64,000 nucleotides of DNA. It comes from Rhizophagus irregularis (lineage: Eukaryota). Of the stretch, positions 1 through 14,139 are shown in pieces. Position numbers and translations under genes: made by a program. Below the pieces are notes generated by a model. That model was not told where the DNA came from and made no database searches. It saw only the letters and a list, made by a program, of their open reading frames with translations. Each line of letters begins with the position of its first letter. Within the stretch, counting starts at the first letter, position 1. Where the stretch lies: NCBI RefSeq assembly GCF_026210795.1, contig NC_089435.1, forward strand, positions 1,798,001 through 1,862,000, given 5' to 3'.

Positions 1-680
1 AGACATGCATATTTATATGTGTTTCAAATAAAAAAGCTCAATTAACTTTTCACAATAAAAAAAATTTTTTTTTTTCATGCAAGAGGCGAAATTTTGCGTA
101 ATGTATACAACCATGCCTATTTAATTTGTGTTTCAAATAAAAAATCTCAGTTAACTTTTCATAATAAAAAAAATTTTTTTTTTTTTATGCAGGAGACGAA
201 ATTTTACGTACGGCAATGAATATTCGACTTGTGTTTCAATATAAAAACTTAATTAGCTTATACAATAAAAAAAAAAATTCTTTTTTTATGTATGAAGCGA
301 AATTTACACACAGATTTATACGAGTGCTACGAAAAGGTGTAGAGTAGTGCCCCCGTGGTGAGTAGAGTATAGCGAGGATGTGACATTATACTCAAGTGAT
401 AAACAAACATCTCGGCCCAAGCTCGGCCCAGCGGTTTGGCCGGGTGTCTATTCATCACTTGAGTATGTTTCACACCCTTTATGTTACACACTGCCAAATG
501 TCACCATACTCTACTCACCACAGGGGCCCTACTCTACACCTTTTCGTCTTACCGGATTTTATACACGTGTTTCAATAAAAAACTTAATTAGTTTTTACAA
601 TTAAAAAAAAATCTTTTTTTATGTACGTATAAGTCGTATAACCATGCATATTTACACGTGTTTCAAATGAAAAAAAAAAC
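1..680. repeat. Degenerate tandem repeat of ~110-115 bp units, interrupted by a MITE
   Basis: The motif gtgtttcaaataaaaaa..aattaacttt..caataaaaaaa-polyT recurs at about 18, 128, 233, 567 and 658. Confidence 0.7.
329..547. mobile_element. Palindromic MITE-like element with nested inverted repeats
   Basis: The outer IR acgaaaaggtgtagagtagtgcccccgtggtgagtagagtat (329-370) pairs with atactctactcaccacaggggccctactctacaccttttcgt (506-547). An inner IR pairs ~388-417 with ~438-466. The element is GC-richer than its flanks. No clear TSD. Confidence 0.7.
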
Positions 681-758
681 TATATAATCGCAAATGGATG
701 ATATAAAAAAAAATAATTTCTTTGGTAAGAAATTTATATATTTATAAGCGATTTCCAG

Positions 759-3700
759 ATGAGTGACAATTCAGTAATCGAAGTTAACGATAATGTTAAC
801 AAAATCGAAATCGAAGTTGATAAAATTGATGATAAAATCGAAGTTGATAAAATTGATGATAAAATCGATGTTGATAAAAATGTTGTTGATAAGTTTTTTA
901 CCTTCGATGATGAACGACATAATGGTAAATCTATTACTATGGTAGAAATATCACCAAATGAAAAATACCTTATTACTTATAGTGAAGAAGATGGTTCAAT
1001 TGTCGGTTGGAATGTTGAAGATATAGATAAGGTACAACTTGAATTTCATCAAGCTGTTAAAACTAATGGAGATAATAAAGATAAGAAATATGGAATCAAC
1101 CGTTTATGCGTTTCCGATGATAAGAAACTTGCTTATATTACTTATACTATTACTGGTAAGTAATAAATTAGTTGATTATGTAGTTATTAAATTATGGTAG
1201 ATATTTATTTTAATATTTTTTTAGTAATCGATATGAATAATAAAAAAGATATTGCGTTATATTTAAATAAAAAACGTTATCGTCGATACTATTTATATTA
1301 TTGTACCTTTAATTTAAAAGGTGAATTTATTTTATATGGTGAAGTTTATGCTGTTTCTGGAAAACATAAAATTATTTATATTTACTCCACACAAACTAAA
1401 AATAACAAATGGGAATATAAGAGATTTTACGAGATACCTGAAGATTATGAATTAATTAGTATATCAAAATATGATAAAGTTTACCTGTTTTCAAATAATC
1501 ACATTTATGAATGGAATATTAATACTGAAAGAGTTGTAAAAATATTTGGTAATAATAAGGATAAGAATAAGGTAATAAATATTATAAAATTTATTTTCCA
1601 ATCAATATTAAATTATAATTAAATATATAAATATTAATTATTTTTTAGTTTGAAACAAAAAATATCGGAATATTCAGTAATGATGAAAAATTTATTTTTC
1701 TAAATATCAATGATAAAATCATCGTTTATTCAATCGAATTGGGAATTTTTATTGCTTCTTTGGATATAAATGATGGTAACCATTTTTAAAAAATTTTATT
1801 TATACTTTAATTATTACTCATATTAAATCATTATTTTTTATTTAGATATTCAACTATATAATTTTATGTATCATACTGGTTTATTTCTTTTACCTTCTTT
1901 ATTCTATTTTACTTCGGATGAAGAAATCAAATATTGCTGGAACAATAAATACGAAAATATGTTTAATCAAATAAAACCAACTGATGAATCAACTGATGAT
2001 CAAACTAAGTTTGTGTTTGGAATTCAAAATGGACGTGTTTGGAAATCTAAATTTGACGAAAAGATGTCAAAGACAAACTTTTCATCTGGAAATTCTGACG
2101 AATTAAACAAAGAACATAACAAAATTGTTGAATGTGATGAATACTTAAATGTTCATTCATTTAATCTATATATGGATACTGTGTCTACATTATTTCAAAA
2201 AGTCACAACAGATGAAAAAGAATTAACTGAATCAACTGAAAATTTAATTAAATGGAATATAAGTGTTGATAACGGTCAAATTAAACTGGAAGTTTTCAAA
2301 AAAATTAATACTAAATGGGAATCAATTAACATAAGAGTTGAAAATTATTATTATCCTTATAAATTTTTTGGTGATTTCCGCAATAATCATAAATTAATTG
2401 CGAGTTTATTATTTAGTAATGATGACATTGTTATATTGACAACATTTGGTATTCTTATTTATACTTTTAGTGAAAATAACAAATCTGGTGAAAAAGAGAA
2501 ATCTATTTTTTTAAACTATTTTTATTTTATGAAATCCAATCATGGTTATATGAATATGAAAACACTTCAATATTACAAAAGAATGCTTTCAAAATCTACT
2601 TTGCCATTACCAAATTATGATGGTTTTAGATTAGATGGATGGGTTTCAGACATAATAAATAATAAGTCAAGTCTTATGAAATATGGGGTTGAATTATTAA
2701 AATTTGCAATTAAAGAACATAAGGTAGAATTAATTGATGATATTTATAAAAAATGTATGACTTATTTTAAAGAGGATTTAATGAACAATAAGTCATTTTT
2801 AAGCATTATCACTTCCGCAATGCCATTACTAGACAAATATTATCCAGAATATATTCTAAAATATTCATCAGAAACGAATATGATTATAGATTCTTCTTTT
2901 TATAGTATAGAGCATCAAAATAAAAATTTACATCTTGATTCTTTTTTTCAATCTCCTCAAATAGCTAATTTATCGAAATCTCTTTTATGGACAAAATGCC
3001 AATTTTATTTTTTTGATTTAGGAATACTAATTTTTATTAATATTTTGCAAGCTTTAATAATACTTTTAACTTTACCCCTTTATTTGATTACATTTTATAT
3101 TTTATCAAAATACAATTTTATTAATAATATTTACGATGTAGATTTATTTTCTCGTATTTATTTCAAAACTGAAAGAAAATATAAAAAAATTTTTAAAAAA
3201 TATGTAACAACGACACCAACAATTACTTTTATGATTCCTTATATTAATTTTGTTAATTATTCAAAAGATTATAATTGGTTTTTAGAATTAATTAGACCTC
3301 AACCTAGTCCATTCACTGAAACAATAAATAGAAATATTTATAAAACATGGAATGGTGAAGCATTAATTAATTTTAAATGGAATGCTTATGGAAAATATTA
3401 TTATGCAATGATTTGGACTGTATTTATGGCTTTGCTTGGATGCTTTACTACTGCTGCAACAATTCCTCAGCAATATATTAATGAAGAAGTTAGACAACAA
3501 CTTTTTATTGCTTCGATTATACTTGGATTTATTCATCTGATTTTAGAAATTCGTCAATTTTTTTATAATATTATTAAGTGGTTCTATAATTTTTGGAATA
3601 TTTTTGGTAAATATAAATGTTTATTTACTATTGTTCTAAGAAAAGAAATTAATTATATAATATTTTATTATTGCAGACATAATTGCTTTTGTGCTTTCAA

Positions 3701-4920
3701 TTTACACTTCTATTTATTGGCTTCAAACAAATGATAAGAACAATAATAAGTATCTAATTCAATTGCTTTCTTTTTCATGCTTGTTTTTGGATATAAAATT
3801 TTTGTTATTTTTTAGAGCATTTGAATATTTTGGTGTATATTTTGCAATAATTATTAGTGTTGGAAAAAAGATTTTATCTTTTTTATTACTCTTATTCATT
3901 ATTATAATAAGTTTTGCACATGCATTTTATATTTTATTATCACCAAAATCTGAATTTTCACTTGAACAATATAATACAAATAATAATAATGATCCAAATA
4001 ATCCTTGGAATTTAGCTCCTAGTTATAGTCAGATTGATAATAATGGAAATATAAATTCAAATCCACTTATGATTCAAATTCCTGATGGAAATACAAACAT
4101 GTTTATAGATATTAAAACATCCCTTTTTGCTATATATTTATTTTTAATAGGTATATTTAAATTTTCATAATTATGTAAATATACATAAATACTTTCTAAT
4201 ATTTTTAAGCAATTCTTCTTATCAATAGGTGATTCAAGTGCATTATCCAATTGGACATATACAGAAAATCCATCAATTGCAGTATTGATTGTTTTATTTT
4301 CCCTTTTAGTTGTTGTATATCTTATGAACTTGTTAATTGGATTACTCAATAATGCAATTGAAGAAGATAATAATAGAGTCTCATATTTGATGCAGAAGGC
4401 AGAGGTAAATAATAATATTATTAAACATTCCATTTCTGTAAATATACTAATATATCTCAACTTTTAGATTTTAGCTGAAATTGAGTTATTTTACCTATTA
4501 CCACATCAGAGACGTTGGCGAACATGGTTTCCTGAAGTAATGTATGTAGTTTTACTTTTAAAAAAAATTTAATGTTATAATTTTATTAATTATTCAAATT
4601 TATTTTCAAGACATTATTATGCCGATTTTGATAAGACTCGAGGAGAAGTTCAAAGATTGATTAAAGAGGGTGAATGGAATACAAAGGAATTCACAGAGAT
4701 GCGGAATATTTTATTAAAAAAACTTGAAATTGAACATAATCCTATTGACAATGAGGCAATATTGGAGAAATTAAAATCCCATGAGAAATTATTGAAAGAA
4801 AATAATAATGAAGTAATATTGGAGAAATTAAAATCTCATGATGAAAAACTAGATAAATTAGAGGAGTTAGAGAAATTAAAGGAATTAGAGAAATTATTGA
4901 AAGAAATATGTGCAAAATGA
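759..4920 (+). CDS. TRP-like ion-transport protein with N-terminal beta-propeller-like region, multi-TM channel domain and C-terminal coiled coil (9 exons)
   Basis: GT-AG exons: 759-1155, 1225-1571, 1649-1775, 1846-3606, 3677-4150, 4229-4404, 4468-4541, 4611-4920 (8 listed; one more exon is not resolved, so the exon count is approximate). Motifs WNGEALINFKW, hydrophobic helices, FLLFFRAFEYFGVYFAII, S6-like YLMNLLIGLL and AEIELFYLLPHQRRW match the Glomeromycota-expanded TRP-like family. Confidence 0.85.
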
Positions 4921-4948
4921 TTTTAATATTATGTTAGTTTTATAATTC

Positions 4949-5247
4949 AGTTTGTAATTTATATAATTCTTTTTTATATGGCTTATCCAAATATTAAATA
5001 TATATATTCTTTTTTTTTTATGAATATTTTACAAAATTCTTAGTTTGTAATTTAAATAAATCTTGATTTTTCTTAACTTATTCAATTATAAAATATAAAC
5101 TAGATTAGGTTGATGTGTGGTGATTGTTGAAAATTATGTGATTAGGCCTTTATTCATATTGGGTATTGCTAAATCTTACCAGTTTGTAATTTATATAATT
5201 CTTTTTTATATGGCTTATCCAAATATTAAATATATATTCTTTTTTTT
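4949..5247 (+). repeat. Direct duplication of ~70 bp in the 3' flank of the channel gene
   Basis: agtttgtaatttatataattcttttttatatggcttatccaaatattaaatatatattc occurs at ~4949-5010 and ~5181-5240. Confidence 0.75.
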
Positions 5248-5640
5248 CACCACTTAATTCCGGCTAGGGATTGGAATCGAAAATCGAATCTTTTCAAGAT
5301 TTTTCTTATAGACGACCAACCTGACATTGAATCAGTTTCTAATTTCAGCAAAAATAATCAGCACGTGGCCGGCATGAAAATTACTTTGAAGTCAGGTTAA
5401 CTTATATGTAAAAAATTGCTGAGAATCGATTCTCGAGAATCGATTTTACTATGTTTTGTCGATTTTCGATTAATCGATTCCAATCCCTAATTCCGGCCAA
5501 AAATTACATTTTGGCCGGAGTTACAAATGCCGGTTTATAATTTTGGCCAGTGTTAAAAAATACTGATCACAAAATTTTAACTTATATGTTAACAAATATT
5601 GATTTGATGTTAACATGACAAAATTTTAAAATTTTTGTCA
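5245..5640 (+). repeat. Dispersed repeat; second copy inverted at ~47250-47392
   Basis: ccacttaattccggccaaaaattac...tatgttaacaaatattgatttga...catgacaaaattttaaaatttttgt matches the reverse complement of 47250-47392, which lacks the hAT MITE. Confidence 0.8.
5265..5489. mobile_element. hAT-type MITE with 16-bp TIRs and 8-bp TSD, nested in another dispersed repeat
   Basis: TIR TAGGGATTGGAATCGA (5265-5280) / TCGATTCCAATCCCTA (5474-5489). TSD ATTCCGGC at 5257-5264 and 5490-5497. Confidence 0.9.
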
Positions 5641-7739
5641 AGAATTGTTTATAAATAAAAATTTAATGTTTCAGCTTGTTTGATATACCTTTAGATTCCT
5701 TGGTGTCACTTCCTTCAAATTCCTACTTTTTAAATTCTCCAGTGCCACTTTCTTCAAATTCTTCTATATTACTGAAAACTAGTTTTGTTATATTGCAAGT
5801 TTGTTTTAATAATTTTGAATAATTCTGATTTATATTATGATTCATGTTATATGTTTTACCTTTATCAATACATTAGTCCATTACTATATCAAAATTCTCT
5901 TTAATTGGAAAGATAAAGTAAATTCTTCCTTTCTTTTTTTTATTATTATTAAACGCCTTTATTAGGCTTTTTTTTTAAACTGAATTTTTCACCATTTAGG
6001 TCTAGATCGGGTAATCGGATTGGTGCTGCAGGCAATGGTAAGTACCTTTTTTCGTTCCTTTATTTCTTATTGTAAATTTAGGATTATTTTTTACTAATAC
6101 TTTTTACCCTCAATATTTTTTTTTTTAAATGTAGACTTTATTAGTACTGAACCAATTACATTGTAATCAAACCCATATTCACCATATATACATACAGTAT
6201 ATCAACAAAGTATCTATTTTCTATTAAATTTATGTTGAAACCTATACTAAATAAGACTTAGCTAATTTGAAACTTGTAATTACTAAAATTACTTTATATA
6301 AATTTCATTTCCAGTCCTTTAAAACAATTTTTTTCAACTCATTTTTTTTTATTTTTATTATTTTTATTTTTTTTATTGTTTTTTTTTAAAACCAATTTTT
6401 TTTTTAATTTTTTCCTTTTTCTATTAAAAACAAAATTTTTCAGGTTTTCCAACTCACCCTTTCCTTTTTCGGGTTGTTTTTTCTAAAATCAAAAATTATT
6501 TTTCAAATATTTTTAATTTTCCTTTATAATCTATACTATATTTTTTTTATATAATTTTTCAATATATTTTTTTAAATTATTTATTAGATATTAAAATAAA
6601 AAAAAATTAATTTATGACTTGCCAACCATAGGAATAAATTTAGTGTTACGAACAGGTTAGGTCAATTTGGGTGACCCGTCAGGTTGACCCGATTGACTTG
6701 TTAACCTGAAGTTAAAAATTATTAAAAAAGAAAATGCTGAGACATTTTCTTTACACTAAATAATTGTCATTTTTTTCCTAAAATTTATATAAAAAAAATA
6801 CTGAAAACATTTTTTCTTAGTAATCAAATGCAAAAAAACGGTTTGGCATTTTTTTTATTATAATTAATTAAAAAACGTTAAGAAACCTTTTTTAATTATA
6901 ATTAAAGATGGTCAATGGTCCTAAAGACCACGGTCCTCTCTGATCCTACATGCAAAAAGACCAGACCATATAAGACGCAGTCTCTTAACTCTCTAGAGTT
7001 AAGGTACTAACTGATTATGTAATAAACTAATAAGACCGGCAGTCTTTTTTAGGATTACAGTCTCCCAACATATACTATTAAATTATTTATTTATTTATAT
7101 CATTATTAATCCTTTTTTTTAAAAAATGATTCAGAACAAACCCTTCAATTGTAAGAATATTTGAAATAAATGTTCAATAACAACAAGAATGGTATCTAAA
7201 AATATTTCAAATAAACTATTTCGAAAATTCAAAAAAATATATTTATTATAATTCACTGAGGATAATAAAATGATTACATGCATTACGCTAAACAAATAAT
7301 AAAAAATTGAAAAACAAATACCAATGTTTATTTATATAACTTATTTTTGTTTAACCAATAATTGAATAACTAAATTTTTATAAACTTCAATATTTTTTCG
7401 TTCTAACCATGATTTCACACATAGATATGCTTGTGCAGTATCTGGATGTAATCGATTTTGTGTCTGAGTAATTTGTTTTTCAGCAATTGGCACCCATTTA
7501 TTATTGCAAAATCTTTAAATTGAACAAATAATAGATGATAAAAAGAAATAAGTTATTTAATTACAAACTAAGAAATTTACAAGTTATCTCATTACTCTAG
7601 TCTTAGTGTTTAATAATTGAAAGTAAAAAAAAAAAATATGTAATAATACATAATTTTTTTTAAAAAAAAAATCGGGAAAAAATATTGAGATAATTTAAAA
7701 ATAAATTTTAAGATGTTTTAATTTTCTTAGAAACTTTAC

Positions 7740-9940
7740 CATTAGAAGTTTTTAAATTATCTTGCTTTTCTAAATGAGAATTTGAATTATCATATATGTC
7801 ATTATCATCTATAAAATAAAAATAAAATTAATAAATTATTGCTTTCAATTATAATAATATGTTATAAAGTTTTGTACCATTTATATTCAAAGGATGCTTC
7901 TTTGTTTGTTGTACAGAAGTTTCTTTTCCATAATCATTTTGATTATCTATAAAAAATGATTATATTTAATATAAATAATATTGGATCTAATAAAACTATA
8001 AGTAATTTAGTATAATAATAATTTACTTACTATAATCTGAATTGATTTCTAATTTCCCAAATGCTGTAAAAATTATTAAAAGTCAATTAATTATTATTTT
8101 ATAGTAATTTTAAATTTAAATAGTAAAAATTTTACCTTTATATATACTATTTGATTTTGTGTTAATATTTTTCCCATTACTTGAATTATTAATAATATCA
8201 TCAACTAAAAATAAAGAAAATAATTAGCAATGTTGTAGTTATATATTTAATTTAGAACCAAAAATACTTACTATTATTAGGAATATTAAAACTATAAGGT
8301 TTACTATGGAATACTATAAAATATATAAAAGATATTTAATTTAAATTAAACACTATTATTTAAAAATTATTGCATATATGTTATACCTTCTTGTTCTTCT
8401 ATTTGTATTTTTATTTAAATAAAAAGAAATTAATGTTAGCATATTATTTTAAACATAATAAATATTTCAAAGCAATATTATTTATTACCTTCTGTTGCAT
8501 TTTTTGGTTCAGGGAAATTTTCAAATTGATAAGTTTTACTAGTATAATTTTTGTTTATTGAATCAATTGAGTTTACTAAATAACAATTACTTAATTGTTG
8601 ATGTTGATTGGAAATTATTTGTTTTTGGCTTTCATCTTGATAGCTTTGAAATTTTAATAATAATTTCTTTACTTCTTTCCATAATGTATAGACATCAGGT
8701 CTCTTTGTTAAATCAGCATTCCAACACTGTTCCATTAATTTTTTATATTCTAAAGGAGTTCCTGGTATTATTTTTGGTCTCATTCCATTTACTATTTTCA
8801 TTGCAAGATCATAATTATATTCATAATTAATAAAAGGTGGTTGTCCAGATGAAATTTCCCACATAAGTATACCAATACTATAAATATCAGATGCAAAAGT
8901 TGATTTTTTTCCATTAATTACTTCTGGTGCTATATAAGGAAGATTTCCATAAACACTATTTAATGGTTTATCAACAGGTCCACAAAATCCAAGATCACTA
9001 ATATAATACCTTTGTCTTTTTTTTAATATGTTACCAGAATGCAAATCTCTATGTATCGCATTTTCTTTATGAATTGTGTCAATTCCATCTATTATATCAT
9101 AAGCAATATGTATCCTTTCTTTCCACATAAGTTTATTATGATTTTGTTTCAGATATGTTCTTAAATCCATATCCATATTATTCATTACAAGCATATAATT
9201 TCCACTTAATGGATTTTTTGTTAAACCATAACATCTTACTACGTCTGTCCATTTGTTACTTATAGTTAAATGAGATTTGCTCTAAAAAAAATTTATATAG
9301 AAATCGTCAATAAATTTCAAAATAATAATACAAGATATTTTTAATTACATACCTCTTCAAACCAACTTCTATTAGCATTTTCAACATTCTCTAACTCTTT
9401 AAGTATTACATATTGATCACCTAATCTTGTTAATTGTTTTTCTTTAGAATCCCATTCATAATAACATCCACATAACCAAACTGCTGTATAAATTTCAGAA
9501 TATCCACCTTTAGTTAAATATTTGATATTTTGTAAATTATTATATGGGATCCATTCAACAATCCTTTCTGGATCATACATTTCCATTTGATATTTTTGTA
9601 TCAAATTATCAATATCATTATTTCCAGATGTCCAATTTGAAAAATTTTCTTTTAAATAATTTCGAACACAATGTTCACAATATAATGTAGCTAAACATTC
9701 ATCTTGACAATTTTCACAAATTCTTTTTGTTCCTTCATTATTTATAATTTTATGATCGTCATAATCTTTATTCAACATTTTTATTACTTCTGATTTTTCA
9801 TCTTCTGTAAGAGATTCATCAGTAAGAACAATTTTTTTTTTAAATTCATATTCTTTATCCAAATTATCTATAGTGGGATCCAATAATGCATATGCTTTAT
9901 TAAAAGCAGCCCAAACAACATCTTTTCGAATATCATTCAT
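7740..9940 (-). CDS. Tyrosine-kinase-like (TKL) Ser/Thr protein kinase with multi-exon C-terminal tail
   Basis: Exons 9940-9353, 9281-8489, 8398-8387, 8313-8272, 8204-8136, 8063-8031, 7946-7878, 7808-7740; the terminal exon near ~7595 is uncertain. Motifs: CxxC...CxxC (CENC/CEHC), WTSGN, KGGYS, VILK, HRDLHSGN, DLG, APE, SDIYS. Confidence 0.88.
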
Positions 9941-12900
9941 AATTAGAATTTATAAATTTTGTAAAAAAAAAGGGTCTTAAAATTTTTAAAAATGAGAAAA
10001 TTGTAAGACAAGTAGACAGTTTCACGATTTGTTATGCAAATATATTATTATTATGCGTAAATTTATGCAATTTGTGCATCTGTGTAACCTGTATAACAGA
10101 GATAACACATGATCAACAATAAATTCTCGCAGTATAAAAACGATTATAATTTACAAAAGATAATAAAAGAGAAGTTAATCTAAGAAGCAATGAAATAATT
10201 GAACGAAAAATTATTAGAAGAATTTACTTCAAAATCATACAAATACGGTTTAAATTCAAGTCAGTATTATAAGATTAAATTTATTAAAGTTAAGTGCTTT
10301 TCCTAATAAAAAATTTGAAAAAAGTTTAATATTATTAATATTAATGTACAATAAGATGAAGTTTCGCATAGAAATAATTAATTATTTGAAGGAAATAAAA
10401 GAGATAAAAATAGATAATTTAACCAAGCTTTATATAATTCTGTCTCTAATGACGATCGTTATTTTCAAAAATTATAAAAAGCAGTTTGAAATCCTGTTGT
10501 AAACTGAATTTTAATGCTAGGATTGCCCGTAATTTTTACCGCCAAAAGTAGACTTGCAAAATAGGTAAAAACTCGTTTATTACATTATTATGTTTAAAAT
10601 CATACCAAAAATTTTATTTGTACCGTTTTTTTCCGACAACTTCACGTGTAATTTCGGACAGAATTATAGATGATCGGCATTGCGGTTAACCCGGAAAGCA
10701 GGAATATTTTCGGGGCCTCTAGCTGTGCCACAAACCTGCAGCATCATTATTTAACCATTTTAGTGTAACATTATAATCTTAAGATTTGAAAGACATTAAT
10801 TAAATTACTATTTGTTTCCTATCAAAAAAGATGAAAAAATTTTTTGTAAAAGAATTATATTAGATTATCTCGGAGCCTGTTAAATTAAAAGAAAAACCAT
10901 GTATTACAGTGCAACATGTCATTGAATTGTTCGAGGTGGATGATGAGTTTATTTTTTCTTGAATTATTAGATATTTTATGTTTAAAATTTACGTCTAAAT
11001 TGACTACATTTGAAAATGCATTCAGGTGGTAACGAGAGAGAAAGACTTGTGCGCACGCCTGGACTTTTTTTTTTTTTACTATAAAGTTTTGCTTAATGAA
11101 AATTTAATATATATTAATAAAAATGAATGAATATCATAGAAATGTGATATTTTAAAAAAAAACCGCTCTTATGATTATTTTTTAAATATATTCTTTTTTA
11201 AACAGACCGTCGAAATTAACATTTATATTTGTATTGACAAATTTATTAAATTTTAGAATTTTTTTATTATTTGAAAATTAATTTGTTTTTATAATTTACG
11301 TTATAAAAAAAAATAAGTCAATACTAAACATTGAAATATTTAATATAGTTATTTATAGAAAATTATTTAATTGACTTTCCATAAAAATTCGTCATAAAAA
11401 TACTGAATGAAAAAAAATTTACCAACAACAATTTGAATTAGTCAGCCTTCCTGTAATACCAATCCATTTAATCCATTTAACTAAAATTTTTACATAAGGT
11501 TATAATAGAGAAGTTATGTATTTTGACATCCAAAATCTTAAAATATTATCATTTTATACAATTATTAATCATGCATATTTTCAAACTCGAATTTCCTCGA
11601 ATTTCTTTAAGGAAATGTGGAATTTCTGAAAATTTATTGCGGAATCCGTATGTGCTTATTTAATATAAGTTTCGCAAGCTAATTTTAGATACTGAGTAAT
11701 AAACCAACGCTACTACTATAAAAATTTGTTTTTCCTAGTGTCTTAGAATTTAAAGCGCTGGATTACCAAATGTTTTTGAAACTTTGAGAAAAAAAGCATT
11801 TTTAAAAATTAATCAAAAAAGTTATATAATAAATAGTTTCTCACATGATCTTGAGTTAAGTCTGTAATATGGACAAGACAATAATACTATTTGATTTGTA
11901 TAAAATTTTCCACCACTATAAATTGAAATTAATAAGAAAGATTAAATAGATTAAATGAAGTTGATGTATAAATTCTATTGATACAATCTGGTAATATGGG
12001 TATTATTATAATTATACATTTATAATTTACTTTGGTAGTCCTTTATTAGGCTACGAATTTAGAAAGCTTCGCTGAGATTGGAGAGAACATTCCCGATTTT
12101 TTTTTAGAAATTGTAATATATGCAAACTACAGATGCTAGCTAAATCTTTATAATTGCAATTGTGTAGTAGTTATAGTAAAATAATGAGCTTAATTTGCAA
12201 AAATAAAATTTCGATACATATATAATTTTATAACTTACCTAATGAATTATCTAACATGCACGCGAACGTGGATAATGAAAAGGAGGAAAGAACTCTAAAA
12301 AATATATATAAAATAATTTATTGAAATTTTAATTTTTTTTTTGAATAAAATTAAAAAAAAAAGAAATAATTTATTTAATGAAATTATGAACTTACTAAAG
12401 GTGATGATGACGTATGAATTGTGATCGGTGATAAATCACTGGTGGTGGCAATCACCGGTGGTGATTTTTTGACATTTCTTTCAAAAAATATATTTATTTT
12501 AATTCTATGAATTTTTTCACATTTTTAACTATGACTTTAGACAATATCAACATAAAAAAAAACATCATTAGCGCCACAAAAATAACAAGATGGTCGAAAT
12601 ATGTACGCAATATCTTCCATAAACAAAATAAATATTTTTAACATTCTTGCTATCCTCAAATTAAATATATATATATAATGTTTATAAAAAAACATACTGT
12701 AGATAAAGAAAATAAAAAGAATGCATTCCTATAAAAAAAGTAGATACATTTTTTATATTGAAAGATACGTTTATATACTGAGAGATACAATTCTGTATTA
12801 TTTTTAAACATTCTTAAAAATTTTTTGTAAGTCTGAAGCTTCTAAACCATTAAAACAAAATAAAAATTATTATCCAAAAATTAAAAATTTTTAGAAAGAT

Positions 12901-14139
12901 CAATAAGAAAAAAATTATGAGACGTAATAAAGGTTGCAAGAAATTTCCAAAATTGGACGTTCAATTGCGCCACCTGATAATACGCCTTGCGCACGCTCAT
13001 TAAATTGTAAGAAACATTCGTTGGCTTCGAAACGAAATGTGGCGGATAGATCACAACTATATGTCATCCTACTTATTCAAAATCAGAAAAACAAAAAATC
13101 TATCGGGCGTTATCAAGGTACTAATTAATTTATATGTACATTTTGTAAAGATTTATATAATTTATTTATATGTTGACGTCTCAAGATAATGGTTAATGAT
13201 CTGATGATCTGTCAAATTCAAACGATAAAAAGATGATATAGAGAAAGAAGTTGAATTTATAAAAAATATAATTTTTTACTTTAAAATTTTATAAAAAAAA
13301 AATTACTAATAATGTCTTCTTACTTCAATACTAGTTTCTACTAAAGAAGATGATAATTCTCTCGAAAAATAATTCACATATTTTTATGTAAGCATTATAA
13401 TAACCGATTGTATTTACTAATTTATAACACAAATGATCTATTTAACCAATCGAGAAATATAGGAATAATATTTTTTTGGTTTATCAACGAAATTATCGCA
13501 AATTCTATATTAAATTCCATGCATGGCTTCAACACAAACGTTATTATTAATAAATATACTGTATTGTATTTATATATACTGTATATATATATATATATTT
13601 TTGATAATATATAGTTACTATAAACAGCGCAAATGAATTTTGATAAAGCAATTTATTGTTTATATCAATGCATACATGAATTACTTGATCAAATATTTTT
13701 TCGAAGTTACCTGTTATATTTGTTTGAATCCTCTTTCATACAATTTAGCTATTTATCTAATTATCCGAAGTGTAACGAAGATCTATTTACTATTACAAAT
13801 GTACAGTTATCCGTACCGCACGTGATGATATGCAATGATAACTGCGCTTCGGGCTTGATAACGGTTTTCGTTTCCTAGTAATATAACAGAATTAACCGAA
13901 AATTTATTCTTAATTCCGACCAAAACTAAAATTCTTAACGTCTTAACCAGTTCAAACAGGACCCGATCCAAAAATTGGCTGATTTTATGTATTATGCATG
14001 CAAGTGTATGCATGCACTATGTAATGTAACCGATTTTTAAGAGTTCCTTATATGCTCGATCATTAAACGACAATAAAATATATAAATTAATAAATTTCTT
14101 GCTGAAAATTGATATATTCTTTATTAGAAATTAAGTAGC

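Noticed and set aside
4074..4460. 128-aa minus-strand ORF
   Set aside because: Antisense to channel exons and an intron.
12934..14013. Several 60-80 aa ORFs upstream of the kinase
   Set aside because: Low-complexity chance ORFs in AT-rich intergenic DNA, with no motifs or splice-consistent model.
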